This document shows positions 1 to 8,508 of a stretch of 16,922 nucleotides of DNA, one piece after another. The position numbers were made by a program, and so were the translations under genes. Position 1 is the first letter of the stretch. Each line of letters starts with the position of its first letter. Below the pieces are notes generated by a model. It did no database searches, was not told where the DNA came from, and saw only the letters and a program-made list of their open reading frames with translations. This DNA comes from an archaeon (GTDB taxonomy: Archaea > Asgardarchaeota > Heimdallarchaeia > Hodarchaeales > S146-22), in contig JAJRXH010000099.1 of NCBI GenBank assembly GCA_024276395.1, positions 1 to 16,922 on the forward strand, read 5' to 3'.

Positions 1-214
1 AAACACGAGCCCTCGTGGGATTACCCCTGGTCACGGGTGGTTTTTCTTCTTTTTTCTCTTCTGTTTTGCCGATCACGTCATCACGTCGGTGATGCGTGGC
101 TTTCAAGCATCAGCATCGCGTCATCCGTGAGATTAGTGTCACTCCTGGTGTTGCGAGGATAAAACACGAGTCCTCGTGGGATTACCCCCGGTCACGGGTG
201 CTTTTCTTCTTTTC
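1..214. repeat. Two imperfect direct copies (about 1-54 and 162-214) of 'aaacacgag(c/t)cctcgtgggattacccc(t/c)ggtcacgggtg(g/c)tttt(t)cttctttt', spaced 161 bp, with small hairpins followed by T-rich tracts on the + strand
   Basis: Direct comparison by eye. About 50 bp match with three substitutions and a 1-nt length difference. Each copy has a CACGA/TCGTG stem and an ACCC/GGGT pairing followed by a T-rich run. The first copy starts at the window edge. Confidence 0.8.
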
Positions 215-292
215 CCAAGTTTTATTTTCTCATTCCTCCACTCATCCTACTTCAAATTGACCTTGATACATACCGCAAGTTTTAACTAATTT

Positions 293-1609
293 TCAACTAA
301 TTTGGAAAGTTTTCCTCAAGCGAGAGATAATTTCATTTAATGTAAGCAATAACTGCTCACCACTAACCATATCTCTCAGGATGTATTTATTTTCCTCAAG
401 TTCTTTCTTCCCAATCAGAATGACCTTCGGGACTTGAAGTTTATTGGCATAATCCAAAGCTTTTCGTGCTTTCCATCTTGATATGTTAAAGACTACAGAG
501 AACCCCTCATTTCGAAGTTGTCGAGTGATATTCATAGCATCATCAATCAAATCTTCGGTGAGGTTAACCACGAACACGTGAGGCTTTGGAGTTACCTCAC
601 TGGGAATTAGCTGACGCTGCTTTAATACCATCATGGCCCGAAGCAATCCACCAGCAGTTCCCGTGGCTGGAATGTCACGTCCACCGTAAAGACCTACCAA
701 GGAATCATAACGCCCTCCGCCGAACAATGCCCCAGCTCGCTCATCCTTCAAGTCATAAGCTTCCCAAACAGGGCCTGTATAATATCCTAGGCCCCTTACG
801 ATGGACAAATCAATGGTCACGAAGTTTTTCATCCCTACCACTTCAAAATAATGGAGCAATTCCCGTAAATCTTTCAGTCCATTCTTTACTTTGTTAACAT
901 CACCGAATCGTTCTTCAATGGCAAGCAAAGCCTCCTCTTTCCCTCTCATCAACGTACCAAGAACCTCTTCACCAGCTTGCCTAGAAAATCCATTCTGTTC
1001 AAAGCCAGATAAGATTTCTTCGCGTGACACCTTCTGTAACTTGTCAATCAATCGTAGCAATTCGATGATATTGTCATCTGTAGCACCCAATCCTTTCAAA
1101 ATACCCTCTGCCACCTGACGATGACCAATTCTTACCTCGAAATCTTCATATCCTAATGAGCGAAAAATGTCAATTCCCACGGCAATTGACTCAAAATCAG
1201 CTAAAACATCCTTTTCACCAAGAATTTCCACGTTCCATTGAAAAAACCATCGCCTTCTTCCATAGGCAGGTTGATCATAACGCCACATGGAAGAGATGGC
1301 ACCTAATCTTATCGGTAATGGCCAGCGAGGATGATTGGCAACCATCCGAGCGATTCCCACGGTAAGGTCAAATCGCAATCCTAGTTCTCTACCAGCCTTG
1401 TCTCTGAAATAGTAGATTTCATCCTTGATGGCAGGGCCAGATTTAGCAGATAATGTCTTAAATTCTTCAACCATCGTAGGTTCAACTAATTGGAAACCAT
1501 AACGACGGAATTCTTTCCTAATTTTAGTCGTCATCCAATCTTGAATGGCCATTTCTTCGGGACCTATATCGTCCATCCCTTTTGGCGGTTTGTATTCTTC
1601 TTTTCCCAT
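293..1609 (-). CDS. hisS: Histidyl-tRNA synthetase (class II aaRS)
   Basis: 438-aa ORF with class II/HisRS motifs: N-terminal 'PPKGMDDIGPEE', 'FDLTVGIARMVA', 'MWRYDQPAYGRRRWFFQWNVEILG', 'VRGLGYYTGPVWEAY', 'GALFGGGRYDSLVGLYGG', and a C-terminal anticodon-binding-like region 'KVPKVILIGKKELEENKYILRDM'. Confidence 0.95.
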   Translation of the reverse strand: MGKEEYKPPKGMDDIGPEEMAIQDWMTTKIRKEFRRYGFQLVEPTMVEEFKTLSAKSGPAIKDEIYYFRDKAGRELGLRFDLTVGIARMVANHPRWPLPIRLGAISSMWRYDQPAYGRRRWFFQWNVEILGEKDVLADFESIAVGIDIFRSLGYEDFEVRIGHRQVAEGILKGLGATDDNIIELLRLIDKLQKVSREEILSGFEQNGFSRQAGEEVLGTLMRGKEEALLAIEERFGDVNKVKNGLKDLRELLHYFEVVGMKNFVTIDLSIVRGLGYYTGPVWEAYDLKDERAGALFGGGRYDSLVGLYGGRDIPATGTAGGLLRAMMVLKQRQLIPSEVTPKPHVFVVNLTEDLIDDAMNITRQLRNEGFSVVFNISRWKARKALDYANKLQVPKVILIGKKELEENKYILRDMVSGEQLLLTLNEIISRLRKTFQIS

Positions 1610-1643
1610 ATTAATGAACCTCTTCAGTGACTTCTAAGCAAAA

Positions 1644-4600
1644 ATGGTAGAGCAATATTTAAATGAGTTGGCGCCATTGTATGATAGGAGAGATACTATG
1701 TCCAACCTCAGAGCAATTCTTGATGAATTAACCGCTAAAGGCATTGATACTGATCAACTAAAAGAAATCTTGGTAAAAAACCACAAGAAATTACAAAAAA
1801 ATTCAGATATCAATGATCTGCAGGTAATGATTTATCGCTTGATGGCACCCGTCTTTGGGGCTGGAGAAGCACGAACCATTGCTGCAAAAATCGTTCCCAT
1901 CCTACCTGAATTATTAAAAAACGAATTGGTAGATGGAGAAAAAAGGGAAGATATAGGGAGACCAGCCTTTTTCACTCTTACCCACCAAGGTGAAACTCTC
2001 ACGGGGTATCTCCCGCGAAGCTTTCATCAAGGCCTTCTAAAGCTTGCATCACAGCCACCAATTACGTATCTCGAACTAAACGAATACTTTTTCAGTATTT
2101 CTGATTCGTCACTCGATTCTCTCGTACGAGATCAGTCTGCAGAAGAAATTTTTCAATGGACGACAAAACGCCTTCTTTCTTGGCCAAAACTGTATGGTGA
2201 GGATGAACATGACATTTATCTCTTCTATTTCTCGGACTTTGAAGATAAACACGTGATGCATTCCAATGACATCGTTTTTCATGCGAGAGAGACTTGGGAT
2301 CGAATTGGAATTAGGATAATTTGGCCAATTGAAGAGAGAAAACTCCGAGATCTTAACGCTACTAGCATCATCCTGTACATGATGAACCTTGCCTTCAAGC
2401 ATTTGGCTGGCATCTTCGAATGGAAGCGACTATTTTCAAAGATAGAAAAAGATGCAATCATAAATGCAAATATTGATGAATTAAATACTTTTTTTATTCA
2501 CTTACTCCAAGGATATCTCAATTATTTCATCAATCCAAGAATACATGATCATTCATTCAGTATCAAACTCGAATCAGTCCACGATTTCAAGCATGAATTA
2601 GGGTTCACTCCCGAACAATTCATCAAAACAAGTGATCCAAGCCTCCAACAATTTGGGTCTAGACTGATGAACTTAATGTTCCATTGGAAATTATTCCGAT
2701 GGATGGGCTTCAGAGACGAGGGTCATGGCAACACATCGAAAGAATCATTTTTTGACTTGTTCATTCTTTTATGCCGTGATATTTTGGGATTTAACATCAG
2801 TTCACCCCTCCAAATCCCATCATTAGCCGAGATCAAGAAACGATGTGAAGAAATTGCCCCAGAAAAACCATTTGAGAAGGCAATCGTTGAGCCAATAGCT
2901 AAAGAGCTCACCTATCTTGTCAAGATTGTTACCCTAAAAGGGGGAATTAACCAAGACCTCACCATGTCTTTCAGAAATGGATATCTTTCAGCTCGTATCG
3001 GCAAAACCTTACATCAAATCTATACCTACTACCTAGAATGGAAAGGAGAAGAAAAAGGGCAAGAAAGTTTTGTATTGTACATTTATCGAGTGGCAGCGGA
3101 AGGGCTTGTATCAAGCAATAACATGGTAATTAAGAAAAGCCTCCAATATCTGATAGACATGGAAGAAGAAGGATTTGGAAGAAACAAGAATAGAACCATC
3201 AAATCGGACATGGTACAAGACCTATTGAAACTCCATAACGTAATCCTCATAAAAAAACTTGACGATGCTGAAAGCACGCAACAATGGATTAAGAACACGG
3301 TCTTGCAAGTATTCTCTTTCGTCCATGGTGCCCGATTGTTCAAGCTCCTGAGAGAAGGGTTCAAAAGATTTGAAGAAAGACCAATAAGAGTCATTTGGAA
3401 TCCTGATGAACAAGAAGAGATGCACTCTGAACTGCAATCAATGCTTTCCCGTGCTCTTGAAACAAAAGAAACTATTTTAAGCATCCAAAACATCATCAAA
3501 AGAGCAATGCAGGAAGGAATTCGGAAGATACCCCCTGACAATGAAATCTTTGACACCATCATCGAAAACTTACCATTGGAAAAAAACCTAACTTTAAAGG
3601 AAAATGTCCACCAATTTGTCCTTGTTCTCACGAACTTGCTTCATAGCCACATCAACCCGCTCTTAGGAAGAAAAACCGAAGAGAAAGAAGAACGTGTCTC
3701 TTTCACTGATGAATTAGACCAAGCAGTGACAACTGAAATATTTCTACAGAGAATTTTCAGAGAAAATCATGAAAATTTCTCAAAAATAGCCAAAAACAAA
3801 TCAACTTGGCTATATCAGCAAGATGATTCCATCATAAAAGAGTTAGAACCACTACTCATTGGAGGAGTAATTTCATTAGTTCTACACAAGAGACCTTTAA
3901 GCAATGACGAATACAAGATACTTTCTTTTGAAGATATCCTACAATTACTGGAAACTGAACTATTACACCTATCTCACACATCAATAATCCAAGAAAAAGA
4001 CGACTCGGAAAAAATAAAACTTTTCAAGACCTACATCATTGATAGCGTGGAATTATGGAGTAACGTGTTTAGAGTATCAGACCTTCTGAGCGTCTTTCTT
4101 CAATCTCAAGACTTCCTGGATGCGTTCTCAATCACGGTTAACAACACTAACAAGGAAAACCTCCTCCAAAAACCAGAAATCAGAAGCTTTCTAGCGCAAC
4201 ATTACATTCGAGGTTGGATTTCAGCATGGTTCAACCATGGGATTGATTTTGCCGAAAATGCAGTTAACACGCCAGATCCACCAGAGGAACTTCTTTGGGA
4301 AATTGTTGATGCGACGCGGCGAGTGCATTTCCCACAATTTCTTCGATGGTTTTTAATTGGAAACACGAACCTTTCCTTGGAACGAATCAACCATCTAATG
4401 GAAAAATATCTTCTTCTCACGGAAACCATCGTACAAGGAGAGTTTTTAAGTCTTTATCCAGAAATCTGTCTAGCATTCTTGGTACTGCACGGTTCTGGTA
4501 CCAGAAACCTGACACATCTTTCATCATTATTACAAATCCCTAATACGGAATGTGACATTCATTTCCTTAAAAGCGGTGAAATACACTCCGTGATGAATCT

Positions 4601-5627
4601 TTTGACAGACTCAGATGCTCCGTTTCCAAAAGATATTCTCAAGAATGTCGCTGCCCTAAGTATACTACATGGACTAGAACTGGAAGCCATTACCTTTCGC
4701 TTGCCATCATCATCCATCTACCTCACGATGAGTTACTTCCCACGAGTAAGCGCATTTACAGATGTTGCTGGGACAACCAGCATCATTCTAACTATGCAGC
4801 GTCCTTTATCCGAACAGATAGCCGATCTCGCTCCGAAAAATGCCGAAGTCATCAGCGGTCTTTATTCGCTATTTACTGACAATCCCATTGATAATCCCAT
4901 TGGTAAACTTGTACTTCTCCAACGGCTGCGATTCACCACGATAGCTGCACTCAAAAACCTTGATTTCATCAAAAAAATGAAAATGCCCAGCGATCTCGAC
5001 ATTCAACTTTCCATTTCTAAAGATGAAACCACGCTATCCCGTGACTATGATGTAATTGGTTTATTTCATCTAAAACTCGGAAAAATCGATCAATCTACCA
5101 GTGAAAGCAAAATTTACGTGAGAAAGATCCAGTTTTACGGAAAAAAATTGAATCAATTCTTGTACATTAATCAATTTTTCCTCGCCTTTCTGCCCTTATC
5201 CACAACAGTGTCTCATTCTCTAGAAACCTCTAAGAGTCTCGGAACGAAAACGTATCTCGCCCGAGGACGTTCATTGTTCCTCACTCCCGTAGCGTCAATA
5301 TTCAGATTCAAGGACGAGAACGACGATAAAAGAAAAATCATCATCCTATACGATTCTCCAACTGAAGATACCATGGATCTTTGCATTCTATGGGAAAGCA
5401 AAATGGTCAAAGAGCCATATAGCGTGAACAAAGCTAGATTCATTCTAGAATCAAATCGAGTGAAGGAAACAGGAGCTTGGAATCTAGAAAATCTTGCATC
5501 AAAAATCTTTTCCTTGCCAGTACGAACACCATACTTCGACGTGACAAAAAAGGACACAACCACGGGGAAAGAAATGCCAGAAACTGACTTGGAAAAGATT
5601 GAAAGCATTTCTCTCGGAGGATTTTGA
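1644..5627 (+). CDS. Very large (1327 aa) protein of unknown function, largely alpha-helical in appearance; possible partner of the adjacent GTPase
   Basis: Single uninterrupted 3984-nt ORF; all opposite-strand ORFs within it are much shorter. An in-frame TAA at 1635-1637 excludes an upstream start. No domain signature recognised. It ends immediately before the GTG start of the next gene. Confidence 0.85.
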   Translation: MVEQYLNELAPLYDRRDTMSNLRAILDELTAKGIDTDQLKEILVKNHKKLQKNSDINDLQVMIYRLMAPVFGAGEARTIAAKIVPILPELLKNELVDGEKREDIGRPAFFTLTHQGETLTGYLPRSFHQGLLKLASQPPITYLELNEYFFSISDSSLDSLVRDQSAEEIFQWTTKRLLSWPKLYGEDEHDIYLFYFSDFEDKHVMHSNDIVFHARETWDRIGIRIIWPIEERKLRDLNATSIILYMMNLAFKHLAGIFEWKRLFSKIEKDAIINANIDELNTFFIHLLQGYLNYFINPRIHDHSFSIKLESVHDFKHELGFTPEQFIKTSDPSLQQFGSRLMNLMFHWKLFRWMGFRDEGHGNTSKESFFDLFILLCRDILGFNISSPLQIPSLAEIKKRCEEIAPEKPFEKAIVEPIAKELTYLVKIVTLKGGINQDLTMSFRNGYLSARIGKTLHQIYTYYLEWKGEEKGQESFVLYIYRVAAEGLVSSNNMVIKKSLQYLIDMEEEGFGRNKNRTIKSDMVQDLLKLHNVILIKKLDDAESTQQWIKNTVLQVFSFVHGARLFKLLREGFKRFEERPIRVIWNPDEQEEMHSELQSMLSRALETKETILSIQNIIKRAMQEGIRKIPPDNEIFDTIIENLPLEKNLTLKENVHQFVLVLTNLLHSHINPLLGRKTEEKEERVSFTDELDQAVTTEIFLQRIFRENHENFSKIAKNKSTWLYQQDDSIIKELEPLLIGGVISLVLHKRPLSNDEYKILSFEDILQLLETELLHLSHTSIIQEKDDSEKIKLFKTYIIDSVELWSNVFRVSDLLSVFLQSQDFLDAFSITVNNTNKENLLQKPEIRSFLAQHYIRGWISAWFNHGIDFAENAVNTPDPPEELLWEIVDATRRVHFPQFLRWFLIGNTNLSLERINHLMEKYLLLTETIVQGEFLSLYPEICLAFLVLHGSGTRNLTHLSSLLQIPNTECDIHFLKSGEIHSVMNLLTDSDAPFPKDILKNVAALSILHGLELEAITFRLPSSSIYLTMSYFPRVSAFTDVAGTTSIILTMQRPLSEQIADLAPKNAEVISGLYSLFTDNPIDNPIGKLVLLQRLRFTTIAALKNLDFIKKMKMPSDLDIQLSISKDETTLSRDYDVIGLFHLKLGKIDQSTSESKIYVRKIQFYGKKLNQFLYINQFFLAFLPLSTTVSHSLETSKSLGTKTYLARGRSLFLTPVASIFRFKDENDDKRKIIILYDSPTEDTMDLCILWESKMVKEPYSVNKARFILESNRVKETGAWNLENLASKIFSLPVRTPYFDVTKKDTTTGKEMPETDLEKIESISLGGF
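5616..5620 (+). promoter_or_regulatory. Shine-Dalgarno GGAGG for the 441-aa GTPase, inside the last codons of the upstream ORF
   Basis: 'ctcGGAGGattttgaGTG': 7-nt spacer to GTG at 5628; the upstream TGA occupies 5625-5627. Confidence 0.75.
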
Positions 5628-6953
5628 GTGAAAATAGATCTCATTCTCATTGGAGATGGCATGTCTGGGAAAACAACTCTCATCAAAAAACATACCGAGT
5701 TTGTTTTTCAGAAGTTCGCCTTAAAATTCGAGCAATATCTCATTGAGCGTGGCCTGCCGTCATTTTCACAATGGAAAAATGAATTCCAAGACATTAATCG
5801 CGCTCTAAAACTAATAGAAAGAGATCTTAGTGCAAGTTTCATGGCAAATGACCCAGAATATCCACAAAAAAAATACTTTGAATGGGCAACACGAAATGCA
5901 AACGTGATAAAGTTCGAGGACTGGCTCAATCATTTAGGAGTTGATCTTGGTAACCACTTATCCACAGATACGTCAGTTGCCACACTCGGAATGGATACCA
6001 TCCAGATGAAATATCCCATCAAGGATGACCTCATCCACATCAGCGGATATGATCTAGGGGGACAAAACATCTATGATCAAATTAGAGACGTGATTACTGG
6101 TTTGGCTAAGCCAAAATCTTTCCTTGTTGTAGTATTCGACTCATCTCGTTTCCTTTCTTGTGAAAATAGCATAAGACAATTGCTTAGTAGCTTGAAAAAG
6201 TTTGAAATGAAAGAATATACCCCAACAATCCTTGCTGTCCTCAACAAAATTGACTTGCAGGATTATATGAGCAAGGAAAAATGGCAAGAATTTACCGCCA
6301 AGCACATTGCAACCACGTTACAAGAACTAAGGAAAAAAGATATCAAATACCAAGTTCCTAATCTATTATTTAAGGAAGAAATACGAGAGATCATCCTACC
6401 AAGATCAGATTTAGTTGGTTTTGAACACCTAGAGGCGTTAATATACCACAGTCTCAAGAAAAATGAGGCCACCTTTGGAAAAAATCCATTTACTGAAATA
6501 AATACAAAAGCCATTGCCAGGGAAATAGCTGCCCAACTCTTACTCTACCAAAACCCCAATCCAAGCTATTATGAAGGACTAAGAAAATTACTGTTTGAAC
6601 AAAGGCCATTAGCCGTCCAATACATCGAAGGTATTTCCCTCACTACTTTAGAGCCAGGAAGGCACGAAAAAGAAGCATTAAGAAGGTTAAGAAAGAAGTT
6701 TGAAGGCTTCGAACTTGACCTCACTTCCATTAATGCAAACGTGGTCAAAGCCGTCATTCTTAATTCCATCAACACGAAAGACCTCGAGATGACACTAAAG
6801 GAACAAGGTTATCCCTTATTCAAGACTAGTGCCCTTGAAGGGACAGGAATTCCAGAATTATTCGATTATATCACGAAATTATCGAGAGAAAAACAAAAAG
6901 ATTTGAATTCAGAAAAAAGAAGAATTCCAAGGAGACTGGGAAAAATTACGTGA
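5628..6953 (+). CDS. Enlarged Ras/Arf/G-alpha-superfamily GTPase (441 aa) with insertions between G1 and G2 and between G4 and G5
   Basis: G1 'GDGMSGKTT' (aa 10-17 region), putative G2 'TLGMD' (~119-123), G3 'YDLGGQ' (~141-146), G4 'LNKID' (~205-209), G5 'FKTSALEGTGIPELFDYI' (~398-415). Starts with GTG. Confidence 0.85.
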   Translation: MKIDLILIGDGMSGKTTLIKKHTEFVFQKFALKFEQYLIERGLPSFSQWKNEFQDINRALKLIERDLSASFMANDPEYPQKKYFEWATRNANVIKFEDWLNHLGVDLGNHLSTDTSVATLGMDTIQMKYPIKDDLIHISGYDLGGQNIYDQIRDVITGLAKPKSFLVVVFDSSRFLSCENSIRQLLSSLKKFEMKEYTPTILAVLNKIDLQDYMSKEKWQEFTAKHIATTLQELRKKDIKYQVPNLLFKEEIREIILPRSDLVGFEHLEALIYHSLKKNEATFGKNPFTEINTKAIAREIAAQLLLYQNPNPSYYEGLRKLLFEQRPLAVQYIEGISLTTLEPGRHEKEALRRLRKKFEGFELDLTSINANVVKAVILNSINTKDLEMTLKEQGYPLFKTSALEGTGIPELFDYITKLSREKQKDLNSEKRRIPRRLGKIT

Positions 6954-6982
6954 TATACACTGAACAGATCGTTCTTTACCTT

Positions 6983-7267
6983 TTATTTTTTCAAACGAGA
7001 AGTAATGCCTTTTACCTTGTCCTTAAGAGCGGCACCAGCTTGAGAGATCTTCATTTTCGCCTGGATCGTTTCTGATCCAAGGAGCTTCGTAATGCCCGCG
7101 CAAATCTCACAAACACACTGATTTCTGAAAGTTTCTTGCACTTCCATATCCTTAAATACACCAGAGAAGGCTTCACGCAAGTCTTGATCAGTAAGAAATA
7201 TCGCTTCTTCGCTTACTTTTCTTCGGCAGATCCAACATTCAGCCTTACCAGAACCAAATAATGGCAA
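6983..7267 (-). CDS. Small (94 aa) protein with CxxC / CxCxxC motifs, probably metal-binding, function unknown
   Basis: 'ECWICRRKV...NQCVCEICAGI'. TTG start at 7267-7265 preceded by a strong SD 'GGAGGTG' with a 9-nt spacer on the minus strand. Confidence 0.6.
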   Translation of the reverse strand: MPLFGSGKAECWICRRKVSEEAIFLTDQDLREAFSGVFKDMEVQETFRNQCVCEICAGITKLLGSETIQAKMKISQAGAALKDKVKGITSRLKK

Positions 7268-7311
7268 TTGATATCACACCTCCTTACGTCACGTGGATAC
7301 AGCTCGGACAA

Positions 7312-7321
7312 GCTTATAAAA
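7312..7321 (+). promoter_or_regulatory. Candidate archaeal TATA box upstream of the metallophosphoesterase
   Basis: 'gcttataaaa' about 30-40 nt upstream of the ATG at 7352. Confidence 0.45.
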
Positions 7322-7351
7322 CATTCTAATTAGATTTCAAGTGAAGTTACC

Positions 7352-8068
7352 ATGAAGAGAATGCTTGTTGTCTCTGATACTCATTCCAATCTCGAGGCAT
7401 TAGAAGCAATTTTAAAAAATCCGATGGCAAAATCCGCCGAAATCAAAGCGTGCATTGGCGATATTGTTGGATATGGACCAAATCCCAATGAAATCATTTC
7501 CATCGTAAAAACCTTTCAGCACGTGGTACCTGGCAACCATGATGCAGCAGCTCTACTAGGTGACTCTCCGGTATTCAATAGAGCAGCCAGAAAGGCAATT
7601 TCATGGACACAACAACAACTAACAGAAGAAAGCAAAAAGTTTTTAGCAAGCTTACCTCGACCTCATGAGATATACCACTTTACCTGGGAGGGGTCAGCTT
7701 TTGCAGCTTGCCATGGTTCTCCATTCCTTCCCTTACTAGGATATGTTTATCCTAGAACTAATCCAGATGTTCTGAATCGGATGTTATCAAAAGCTAAAGC
7801 TGATATCCTTCTGTTAGGACATACACACATTCCCATGGTTTACCACAATGGCAATGAAAAGGCCAAGCTGATATTGAATCCCGGGTCAAGCGGACAACCA
7901 CGAGATTTGGATCCTCGTGCATCTGCTCTCGTGCTAGAATATGAAGGTGGGAATGAATTCACGCCAATTTTCATTCGAGAAGAATATGAGATCGAAATAA
8001 CAGCTGATAAAATAAAAGATGCAGGATTGCCAAACGTCCTCGCAGAAAGACTCTTTCTAGGAAGATAG
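7352..8068 (+). CDS. Calcineurin-like metallophosphoesterase (YfcE/MJ0936-like)
   Basis: Metal-binding blocks 'VVSDTHSNLEAL', 'CIGDIVGYGPNPNE', 'VPGNHDAA', 'ACHGSP', 'LLGHTHIPM', 'NPGSSGQPRD'. Confidence 0.93.
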   Translation: MKRMLVVSDTHSNLEALEAILKNPMAKSAEIKACIGDIVGYGPNPNEIISIVKTFQHVVPGNHDAAALLGDSPVFNRAARKAISWTQQQLTEESKKFLASLPRPHEIYHFTWEGSAFAACHGSPFLPLLGYVYPRTNPDVLNRMLSKAKADILLLGHTHIPMVYHNGNEKAKLILNPGSSGQPRDLDPRASALVLEYEGGNEFTPIFIREEYEIEITADKIKDAGLPNVLAERLFLGR

Positions 8069-8088
8069 ATAAACTAGTAAATAAATTT

Positions 8089-8391
8089 TCACAAATTGAT
8101 GGGACGATTTGAACTAATCAAGACAAAATCTCTTTTGAGAACTTCATTCACGTGATCCCGTGGAATCCCCTTGTGTAATAATTGTGCAACGAAAACCGCC
8201 TTGCAATTCTCACAATAAGTGTTTCTAGTCTTTTTATTGAAATATAAACGATATTCAAGTATGGTCTTACCACAGAACGTGCATTTTTGATCAAAATCAA
8301 ACAATAAATTCCGAAGAGTAGCACAGTCATCACAATATCCAGCACGAGAAACGGGACGACCGCATCTCAAGCATAATTGAATACGTTTCAT
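8089..8391 (-). CDS. Small double zinc-ribbon-like protein (100 aa)
   Basis: Four paired-Cys knuckles: 'CLRCG', 'CDDC', 'CTFCG', 'CENC'. SD-like 'GAGGT' upstream of the ATG on the minus strand. Confidence 0.7.
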   Translation of the reverse strand: MKRIQLCLRCGRPVSRAGYCDDCATLRNLLFDFDQKCTFCGKTILEYRLYFNKKTRNTYCENCKAVFVAQLLHKGIPRDHVNEVLKRDFVLISSNRPINL

Positions 8392-8508
8392 GAGAAAAAC
8401 CTCAAGATCATTCTCAATGGTGCCAATGCAAAAAAAGTTTAAAAAGAAAATGTTAGTTAGAGTATTTTTTTAATGGGATTCTCAAGAAAATGGCCTGAAT
8501 AACACCCA

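Noticed and set aside
1-214. CRISPR array or tRNA interpretation of the repeated element
   Set aside because: Only two copies, a spacing far too long for CRISPR spacers, and no T-arm consensus (GGTTCRANYCC-like) or cloverleaf seen.
586-1118. Plus-strand ORFs 586-897 and 891-1118 within hisS
   Set aside because: hisS on the minus strand is unambiguous; these are antisense frames without motifs.
3083-3631. 182-aa ORF on the minus strand inside the 1327-aa gene
   Set aside because: Antisense shadow of a longer coherent ORF; Ser/Phe/Cys-rich composition, no motif. Treated as spurious.
5213-5686. 157-aa minus-strand ORF spanning the 1327-aa/GTPase junction
   Set aside because: Overlaps two better-supported plus-strand genes, and its composition is typical of antisense frames.
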